From a virus: DNA of 64,000 nt. The DNA lies in IMG/VR virus record IMGVR_UViG_3300042868_007692, positions 9,165-73,164 of that record; one strand, written 5' to 3'. Under the pieces are notes generated by a model. That model worked only from the letters and a program-made list of their open reading frames with translations, had not been told where the DNA came from and did not search any database. Both the position numbers and the translations under genes were made by a program. Each line of letters starts with the position of its first letter. The first letter of the stretch is position 1. Below are positions 1 through 7,457 of the stretch, piece by piece.

Positions 1-18
1 GTGATGATATAGGTATTA

Positions 19-1950
19 GTGTATATGATGAATACTACAACAAAACATTTAACAAATAACATTATGAGATACTGCGTATTTGACATTGAAACAGATGGTT
101 TACTTGAACAACTAACTAGACTTCATTGCCTTGTAGCTCATGTTTATGAAGATAATCAATTTCTAAAAGAGTATGTTATTACAAATCCTTGGGAATTGGC
201 TAATTTCTTAAGTACACAAAAGATTCTAGTAGGTCATAATGTCAAAAGATATGATTTTCCTGCTATTAAAAAACTAACTGGATATGAACATAAAGGTAAA
301 GTAATAGATACTTTAGCTTTATCTTGGTATTTATATCCAGAAAGAAAAGAGCATGGATTAGAGTCTTGGGGAGTAGAGATAGGAGTAGCTAAACCTTTTA
401 TTTCAGATTGGGAAAACCTTAGTACTGAAGATTATGTTAACAGATGTAAGACAGATGTTATTATTAATACTATTCTCTTTGGAAATTTTATTTCTTATCT
501 TGAAGAACTGTATTCAGAATCTTCTTATGAAGGTATCATAGCATATTTAACTTGGAAGTTAGATTGTGCTGCAGAACAAGAAGCCAATCCTTTAACTATA
601 GACAGAGAACATTGTATAAATACTTTAGGTATTTTGAATACTCTTGTAGAAGAAAGAAAAGCTAATCTTGCCGCAGTTATGCCTAAAATTGAGAAATATG
701 CAGTAAAAAAGAAACCGGCTAAGATGTTTACTGTTAAGGGAGAATTGACTAAAGCAGGAATAGCTTGGTTAGAATTACTTGCAGACAATGATTTAGAAGC
801 AGATTTTGATGGAGAATTAAGCTTACTTAAATCTACAGAAGAACCTAATCCTACCTCAACAGCCCAATTAAAAGCTTGGCTTTTTCAATTAGGTTGGCAA
901 CCTACAGTGTTTAATTACACACCTAATAAACAAAGAGAAGTAAGACCTATTCCTCAAATCCAAACTAAAGAACAAAAATTATGTCCCAACATTTTAGTCT
1001 TAGCTGAAACTCATCCTGTTCTAAATGAACTTAAAGGATTATTCATGCTTCAACATAGAATTGGAATATTAAAAGGTTTCTTAGAATGTTCTGATGAATC
1101 AGGTAAAATGCAAGCTCAAATAGCAGGATTTACAAATACTTTAAGATTTAAACATAAAAAGCCAGTTACTAACTTACCTTCTGTAGAGAAACCTTATGGT
1201 AAAGAAATTAGAGGAGCTATTATCTCCCCTAGTGATAACCATTTATTTTGTGGTAGTGATATGAGTTCATTGGAAGACACTACTAAACAACACTACATGT
1301 ATTTTTATGATCCTGACTATGTAACACAAATGAGAGTGCCAGGGTTTGACCCTCATCTTGATATTGCTGTGTTATCAGGTATGCTTACACCTGAACAGGT
1401 TAATGAGCATAAGCTTTATGAAGCCACAAAAGGAGAACAAGGGACATCTTACAAGAAGGTAAGAAGTAAGGCTAAAGTAGTAAACTTTTCAGGTATTTAT
1501 GGTGCAGGTCCACCTAAGATTGCTTTAACTACAGGTATGTCTTTAGAAGAAGCTACTTTGCTACATAAGATTTATTGGCAAAGAAATAAGTCTGTAAAAC
1601 AAATAGCTAAAGATTGTTTAGTAAAGACTGTTAGAAAGCAAATGTGGTTGTATAATCCTGTAAGTAGCTTTTGGTATTCTTTGAGGACAGATAAAGATAG
1701 ATTTAGTACTTTGAATCAAGGTACTGGAGTTTATTGTTTTGATACTCATATTAGAAATGTAAGGAAACAAGGAATTGTTATTAACCTTCAATATCATGAT
1801 GAGATTGGGTTCTCTTTACTTAAACAAGACAAAGAAGTAACTTCAGCTAAGTTACATAAAGCCATAGAGTTAACTAATCAACAATTATGTTTAAATGTTC
1901 CTTTAGGAATAAGTATTGACTATGGAGACAACTATGCAGAGTGCCATTAA
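19..1950 (+). CDS. polA: Family A (T7-like) DNA polymerase with 3'-5' exonuclease; likely start ATG at 64
   Basis: Exo I VFDIETDG, Exo II GHNVKRYD, motif A GSDMSSLE, motif B RSKAKVVNFSGIYG, motif C QYHDEI. Confidence 0.95.
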   Translation: MYMMNTTTKHLTNNIMRYCVFDIETDGLLEQLTRLHCLVAHVYEDNQFLKEYVITNPWELANFLSTQKILVGHNVKRYDFPAIKKLTGYEHKGKVIDTLALSWYLYPERKEHGLESWGVEIGVAKPFISDWENLSTEDYVNRCKTDVIINTILFGNFISYLEELYSESSYEGIIAYLTWKLDCAAEQEANPLTIDREHCINTLGILNTLVEERKANLAAVMPKIEKYAVKKKPAKMFTVKGELTKAGIAWLELLADNDLEADFDGELSLLKSTEEPNPTSTAQLKAWLFQLGWQPTVFNYTPNKQREVRPIPQIQTKEQKLCPNILVLAETHPVLNELKGLFMLQHRIGILKGFLECSDESGKMQAQIAGFTNTLRFKHKKPVTNLPSVEKPYGKEIRGAIISPSDNHLFCGSDMSSLEDTTKQHYMYFYDPDYVTQMRVPGFDPHLDIAVLSGMLTPEQVNEHKLYEATKGEQGTSYKKVRSKAKVVNFSGIYGAGPPKIALTTGMSLEEATLLHKIYWQRNKSVKQIAKDCLVKTVRKQMWLYNPVSSFWYSLRTDKDRFSTLNQGTGVYCFDTHIRNVRKQGIVINLQYHDEIGFSLLKQDKEVTSAKLHKAIELTNQQLCLNVPLGISIDYGDNYAECH

Positions 1951-2188
1951 TTACACAAATTTTTTTCAATTCTTCTTACATATTCCTGTAGCAGTATTTG
2001 AAGATATAAGTGATGAAGAAATAATAGGAGATTGCTATGAAATGGCAGCTTATCCTATTGTTATTATAAGAAATCCTAAACATCCTTTATTTATTCAAAT
2101 AAAAACAGAATTTAAAAAGAAAGGAATAGAACAAGAACTTAAATGTATAGTCTTAGCAATAGGCTATAATAATCCGTATTTATCATGA
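1916..2188 (+). CDS. Hypothetical protein
   Basis: 90-aa ORF filling the gap between polymerase and helicase, ATGA overlap with the next gene. Confidence 0.6.
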   Translation: MTMETTMQSAINYTNFFQFFLHIPVAVFEDISDEEIIGDCYEMAAYPIVIIRNPKHPLFIQIKTEFKKKGIEQELKCIVLAIGYNNPYLS

Positions 2189-4425
2189 GAAAGTATTTTA
2201 GAGAGTTAGAGGAACTCTTTCAAAACCCAAAGTCAATTTTAACTTATATTGATAAAATAGAAGTTTTAAGAGAGAAAATTACAGAGCCCTTAGCTGTAGT
2301 TGAATTTGTAAATAAAGTTAGGGAAAAGGTACAGGTTGAAGCCATACAAGCTGTTGTAGATAATAATGGTGGCATGGTAGCTATGGCTACAGGTTCAGGT
2401 AAGTCTAGAGTAGCAGTTGAACTAGCTAAATTTTATTGTAAACCTTCTTCTAAATTTAAAGAAATTGCAGTTGTAGTTCCCACAGAAAAACTTAGAGATG
2501 AAAACTGGAAAGAAGAGTTTTATAAATGGGATGCTGCTGTAGAATGGAGTGCTGTAACAGGATTGTGTTATGCTTCTGGCTCTAAGATAGTCAATAAGAA
2601 TTTTGAATTAGCTATTCTTGATGAAGGACATAATATTACAGAACTTTCTTCAGAGTTTTTCTTAAACAATGAAGTAGAAAGAGCTGTATTACTTACTGCA
2701 ACTCCTCCTTCAGATCCTATTAAGAAACAAATCTTATCTGATTTAGGTATTGAGCTTGTTTATGAACTTACTTTAGATCAAGCTGTAAGATTAGGTTTTG
2801 TAGCACCATATAAGATTACTGTTATTACAGTACCTTTAGATGCTACAACTAAAAATATTCCTGGAGGAAATAAGTTGAGACCTTTTATGACTACTGAAGC
2901 AGCATGCTATGCTTATTGGAATAAAAGAGTTCAAGCTTGTTTTGGAGATACTACTGCTCAAGGTAAAGCTAAAATGAAGTTTGCTATTTTAGGTAGAATG
3001 CAATTTATTTATAAAATACCTTCTAAAACTCAAGTAATCAAGTATTTACTTGACAAAGTGATTCCTAAAGATGATAGAACCATAGTCTTTTGTGGTAACA
3101 TAGAACAAGCTGAAGAAGTTTGTCCTACTTATTATCACTCTAAGTCTGGTAATCAGTTCTATGATGCTTTCAAAGCAGAAAAGATTAATAGATTATCTTG
3201 TGTAAAAGCTGTGAATTAACCTTAGTTCACATTAAACCTCTTTAATTGCTGGAAACCCCTAAAGCCTTGTAAACTACAAAGTAAGATGAAAATCTAAGCT
3301 TGAATGTTTAAAAATTACAAGGATGGCTAATGGGCAATCAGCAGCTAAGCCCCTGTAAAATGGGGAAAGTTCAACGACTATCAAAACCACATGAGCTTTC
3401 ATGGAAGGGAGTAGAGTACAAATAATATAAATTATTTGGAAAAGGGAGGTATTTTATCTATATTTGTGTCCTAAAGCTAAGGACACAATGGTTAAAATTT
3501 ATGTATTAAAAGACCCAAGGACTAACATAGTCAGATATGTTGGTGCAACTACTCAAACTCTTAATAGAAGATTAGTAGGGCATGTATGGGATGCTAAAAA
3601 TCTTTCAGGAACAAGAAAAATAAACTGGATTAAACAATTACTAGAATTAGGATTAAAACCTATTATAGAATTAATTGAAGAAACAGAAGAGTGGATTGAA
3701 AGAGAAAAACATTGGTATAATTACTATAAAACAATTACAGAATTAGTAAATACCAATAATGGAGGGCAAGGAGTATTTAAAAAAGATGCAGATTCTATTA
3801 AAAGAACTACAGAAGCTAAATACACCCCTATAATCCAATATAGTTTAGCAGGAGAAGTAATACAAGAGTGGCTTTGTATAAAAGATGCTACAATAGCATT
3901 AGGATTAGCAAGAAACTCAATAAAAAATAACCTTAGAGGAAGATCTGCAAGTTGTGGAGGTTTTATTTGGAAATATAAAAACAAAGAAACTCCAGAATCA
4001 GGTAGAAAACCTTCTTCTAAACATAAAAAATGGATAAAATAATGATATAGTCTAATCTTTATGGAAACATAAAGTTAATAAAAATGGAAGGGCATAACTT
4101 CCCTGGAGTTGACTCAGGCATTATAGGTCAATTAAATTCTAAAGAGAAAGACTTGGTTCAAAGAATTGGTAGATTAATTAGGTTTAGACCTGGGCATGAA
4201 GCACACCTTTATATAGTAATCTCTGAGTCTACTCAAGATGAAAAATGGTTAGAAAATGCTACTGAAAATCTTAATCAATCTAAGATTGAGTATGTAAGAT
4301 TTCCTAATTTTAAACAAAGAATAGACACTTTTAAAGACATGCCAAAAGCTGATGAAAACTTAGATATGTTTAAAAAAGCTGGAGTAGAAAGTATTCAAAT
4401 AGGTAAAACTAATTATAAAATCTGA
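2185..4425 (+). CDS. SF2 (DExH) helicase, spliced: exon 1 2185-3216 + exon 2 4087-4425 (456 aa)
   Basis: Walker A ATGSGKS, DEGH, TAT motif III. Splicing restores motif V (AVN|EGHNFPGVD) and is followed by motif VI QRIGRLIR. Confidence 0.92.
3435..3466 (+). promoter_or_regulatory. Bacteroidota-type sigma70 promoter (-33 TTTG, -7 TAnnTTTG) for the intron endonuclease
   Basis: TTTG 3435-3438, 20-nt spacer, TATATTTG 3459-3466, ATG at 3488. Confidence 0.7.
3488..4042 (+). CDS. Intron-encoded GIY-YIG homing endonuclease with C-terminal NUMOD1-like HTH
   Basis: KIYVLKDP..VRYVGAT..RRL; C-terminal IKDATIALGL..IKNNLRG..CGGFIWKY. Confidence 0.88.
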   Translation: MVKIYVLKDPRTNIVRYVGATTQTLNRRLVGHVWDAKNLSGTRKINWIKQLLELGLKPIIELIEETEEWIEREKHWYNYYKTITELVNTNNGGQGVFKKDADSIKRTTEAKYTPIIQYSLAGEVIQEWLCIKDATIALGLARNSIKNNLRGRSASCGGFIWKYKNKETPESGRKPSSKHKKWIK

Positions 4426-4429
4426 TTTC

Positions 4430-4660
4430 ATGAGTCTAATTGCTTATTACAGACACTTAGGAAAAGGTAAGTTTAAGCAAATTACAGCAGAAGATGTTAA
4501 AAAGCTTAAAGAGATAAATTTAACTAGTGCAGTATTAACTATTGATAAGATTATGTTTATCAATAACTTTAATACTGCATTTAGTGTGACAGAATGTAAA
4601 CAAATATTAGAATTTGTAGAATCCTTAAAACAAAAAGATGACAGTAAATCCACAAATTAA
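4430..4660 (+). CDS. Hypothetical protein
   Basis: 76-aa ORF in a tightly packed + strand operon. Confidence 0.6.
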   Translation: MSLIAYYRHLGKGKFKQITAEDVKKLKEINLTSAVLTIDKIMFINNFNTAFSVTECKQILEFVESLKQKDDSKSTN

Positions 4661-5189
4661 ATCAGTTCTACAGCAATTTAATATTCCTGTAGAAGATGGC
4701 TTAGCTTATCTTTTGTCTATTTATTTTGATTGTAGACCCTCTTATACACCCACACTCTTAGTACAAAGAATGAATGTAACTAATATTCTTGGCATTGATG
4801 CTAATAGGCAAGTTATATGGCATATCCCTTTATTTGAAAAGGGAGATTCTGAAGACAAATGGCAATGGGTATTTGAGTGGAATGCAAATTTCAAAGCAAT
4901 AAATAAACTAAGAAAAGCTAGTGACAAAGATGTTCTTATTAGAATGAAAGCTTTCTTTGCTGATAACCCTGATGTAAGAAAAGAAGAAGTGATTGGAGCT
5001 ACTAAGCTCTATTTTAATTCTTTGACTAGTGCTGAGTATCTTATTACTTCTCACTATTTTATATCTAAAGGAGTAGGCAGAGATAGGACTTCTGCTTTAT
5101 ATGAATGGGTTGAAAAGTATAGAGATGCAATGACTGAAACAAAATCAGACAGTGCTTTTCCTACTGATTTAGCCACAACAATGCAATAA
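4638..5189 (+). CDS. Hypothetical replication-module protein preceding the DnaB-like helicase
   Basis: 183-aa ORF, TAATG overlap with the helicase start. Confidence 0.7.
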   Translation: MTVNPQIKSVLQQFNIPVEDGLAYLLSIYFDCRPSYTPTLLVQRMNVTNILGIDANRQVIWHIPLFEKGDSEDKWQWVFEWNANFKAINKLRKASDKDVLIRMKAFFADNPDVRKEEVIGATKLYFNSLTSAEYLITSHYFISKGVGRDRTSALYEWVEKYRDAMTETKSDSAFPTDLATTMQ

Positions 5190-6451
5190 TGAATTTTAGA
5201 GCAGCATTTGAAGCAGGTCAGAAAGGTAGTAATAAAGGTCTTCCTATGGGGGAGGGCCTTAAAACTATATCTCAAGCAGTGAATGATATACAAAGAGGAA
5301 GAATCTTTACAATAGCAGCAAGTCCCAAAGGAGGGAAGTCAACCCTAGTGGATGTTGGATTTTGTATAGAGCCTGCAATTTATGTATTGAGTTTTAATGC
5401 TAAATTAAAAGCTTCTATGGAAGCTATTGTTTCTAAGTTAGAGACAGAAATTGACTTTACAAAAAGAACAGCTCTTAATGAAGAGTATGAAAAATTGAAT
5501 GGTCAATTAATAGATTTAGAGTTTATCTACAACTCTTATGAGATTGACAGAGTAAGTAAAGAGTTTGATTTTGTTGCCCATTTCTTACACAGAGATTTTG
5601 GCATTTATCAAATATTTTTACCTGCTGGAAAGCTTTACAAAGGGAATAATTTTGTATATTTGTCTTCTGCTTTTCTGAAGGGAGAATTACATTATGATTC
5701 TCTAAATCCTAATGATCCAAAAGAAATTATTACAGTCCCTACAGACATTACTGATAAAGTAAAAATTGTCTATAAGACTAGAATAGTGCCTTTATTTGGA
5801 GAATTTAATGAGAAAGGAGAGAAGCTTTCTAAGGGTCTTATCAGATTTCTTGATAACAAAGACAATCCTACAGGAGTAAGAAATTATCTTATAGCTTATG
5901 CTAAAGAAAATGGAGAGTTTCTTTATAAAGAAACAACTAAAGATGGTCAAACTTTTAAAAGGATGATAGGCTATAGACCTAATAATCCTGCTAAATACAC
6001 CATAGTTATTACAGACCATTTAAGAAAATTGATTCCTGAAAGAGGTTTTTCAATGAAAGAAACTGTAGATAAGTTTTCAGACTATTGTGTAGAGCTTAGA
6101 AACACTTGTCAATTTACTTTTGTTCATATTATCCACCTTAATAGAGCAGTAAGTGATATTGGAAGAAGAAAACTGGATGATGATAATATTTATCCTTCTT
6201 CTGATGACATTAAAGACACAGGTAACCTTAGTGAAGATAGTAACTATATTTTTACCATGTTTAATCCTAATGATGATAAGTTTAACTTAAACAAGCATTT
6301 TGGAAAAGTCATTAGAAGACCAGATAGGTCATTATTATATCCTTACATGAAAACTGTACATTTAGTAGAGTCTAGACATTGCTTTTGTCCTCAGCATTTT
6401 AGAGTCAATATGTATGGTGATGTGAAGAAATTTGAACCCTTAACAATCTAA
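5189..6451 (+). CDS. DnaB-like (SF4) replicative helicase
   Basis: Walker A ASPKGGKST, Walker B VITDHL, HIIHLNR, DIKDTGNLSEDSN (DnaB H3/H4-like). Confidence 0.85.
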   Translation: MNFRAAFEAGQKGSNKGLPMGEGLKTISQAVNDIQRGRIFTIAASPKGGKSTLVDVGFCIEPAIYVLSFNAKLKASMEAIVSKLETEIDFTKRTALNEEYEKLNGQLIDLEFIYNSYEIDRVSKEFDFVAHFLHRDFGIYQIFLPAGKLYKGNNFVYLSSAFLKGELHYDSLNPNDPKEIITVPTDITDKVKIVYKTRIVPLFGEFNEKGEKLSKGLIRFLDNKDNPTGVRNYLIAYAKENGEFLYKETTKDGQTFKRMIGYRPNNPAKYTIVITDHLRKLIPERGFSMKETVDKFSDYCVELRNTCQFTFVHIIHLNRAVSDIGRRKLDDDNIYPSSDDIKDTGNLSEDSNYIFTMFNPNDDKFNLNKHFGKVIRRPDRSLLYPYMKTVHLVESRHCFCPQHFRVNMYGDVKKFEPLTI

Positions 6452-6454
6452 AAA

Positions 6455-6808
6455 ATGGCAAAATTAAATAAAATGGAGCTTCAAGCTGTAGCCGGATCTA
6501 TACTGAAAGAAGTAAAGGCAGTAAAACTTCCTCAACTTATTCAAGAATGGGAGCAGAAAAAACTTGAAGTAGAGTCCACAGAAGTTTACAAAGAACTTCA
6601 AGCTTGGTTAAAGAAATATTCTTTAGAAGAAAAACTAGTAATCAATGCTTATCAGTTAAATAGGGTTTTAGGTCTTAATCCAAAACCTACTTCAGTAAAT
6701 TTACCTTCAGTTCAAAGTATTGTTGATAAATTAATAATAGGTCAGATTACAGATTCTAATATTACCTCTTTAGCAGAAAGTATTGCCCAAGAATTATTAA
6801 ATGATTAA
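6455..6808 (+). CDS. Hypothetical protein
   Basis: 117-aa ORF with good start context (aaaaATG). Confidence 0.7.
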   Translation: MAKLNKMELQAVAGSILKEVKAVKLPQLIQEWEQKKLEVESTEVYKELQAWLKKYSLEEKLVINAYQLNRVLGLNPKPTSVNLPSVQSIVDKLIIGQITDSNITSLAESIAQELLND

Positions 6809-6818
6809 TTAAAAAAGA

Positions 6819-6853
6819 ATGGCTAAAATTTTAGTGCTTGCCCCTAGTGGGTT
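6819..6853 (+). repeat. Truncated duplicate of the AAA gene 5' end (MAKILVLAPSG); the other copy is at 7458-7492
   Basis: Both copies encode the same 11 aa and differ by 9 synonymous substitutions. Confidence 0.9.
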
Positions 6854-6870
6854 ATTTTCTAAAAATTGTG

Positions 6871-6878
6871 TATCTTTG
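6871..6878 (+). promoter_or_regulatory. TAnnTTTG -7 promoter element upstream of the free-standing endonuclease
   Basis: TATCTTTG 4 nt before ATG 6883. Confidence 0.55.
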
Positions 6879-6882
6879 TTCT

Positions 6883-7434
6883 ATGAAAATAGACACACAA
6901 TTAAAAACTCTAGTAGGTATTTACTGTATTGAAAATACAGTAAATGGTAAAAAATACATAGGCAGTTCAACTAATATTTACCAAAGAGGTCTTAAACATA
7001 GATCTCAATTAAGAAGTATTAGTCACCCTAATAAAAAGTTACAAAATTCTTATAATAAACATGAAGAAAAAAATTTTATTTTTTATGTAGTAGAACTTTG
7101 TTTAAAAAAAGACTTGATTAGATTAGAGCAGCACTATATAGATTTTTACCTTCCTTTTTATAATCTTATGTTACAAGTAGAAAGAAAAGATTTTTCAGCA
7201 GAAACAAAACTTCAAATATCTAATTCTTTAAAAAAAAGATATAGAGAAGGTTTGAGTAATAATTGTGAAAGAAAAGTTAATCTTTATACAGTAACAGGAG
7301 AATATATAAGAACTTATGATAGCATTACAAAATGTTCAAAAGATATTAAAGCAGATTTATCTAATGTAAAAAGAGTACTAAGAGGAAGACTAAAAACTTG
7401 TAAAGGTTTTAAAATTACTTATCACAATTCGTAA
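6883..7434 (+). CDS. Free-standing GIY-YIG homing endonuclease
   Basis: GIYCIENTVNGKKYIGSS..R; C-terminal NUMOD1-like HTH; no intron core elements nearby. Confidence 0.9.
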   Translation: MKIDTQLKTLVGIYCIENTVNGKKYIGSSTNIYQRGLKHRSQLRSISHPNKKLQNSYNKHEEKNFIFYVVELCLKKDLIRLEQHYIDFYLPFYNLMLQVERKDFSAETKLQISNSLKKRYREGLSNNCERKVNLYTVTGEYIRTYDSITKCSKDIKADLSNVKRVLRGRLKTCKGFKITYHNS

Positions 7435-7457
7435 AATCACTAATTAAAAATTAAATT

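Larger units (their letters stand above)
3217..4086 (+). mobile_element. Group I intron in the helicase gene (870 nt)
   Basis: P1: exon tgtgaaT pairs with IGS Gttcaca (U.G at the splice site). Core elements AATTGCTGGAAA, AATCAGCAG, GTTCAACGACTA, GATATAGTC. Ends in G4086 and removal restores the frame. Confidence 0.93.

Noticed and set aside
3217-4086. Helicase and AAA fragments as pseudogenes, frameshifts or stop-codon reassignment
   Set aside because: Group I core elements and exact in-frame splice junctions explain the breaks. TAA, TAG and TGA all end genes normally and a 13-kb ORF is open in code 11.
4084-4425. Independent 113-aa gene starting at ATG 4084
   Set aside because: The ATG is the last three intron bases (terminal G4086); the rest is helicase exon 2
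6819-6932. 37-aa ORF MAKILVLAPSGLFSK.. as a real gene
   Set aside because: It is the orphaned AAA gene start running into endonuclease sequence in another frame
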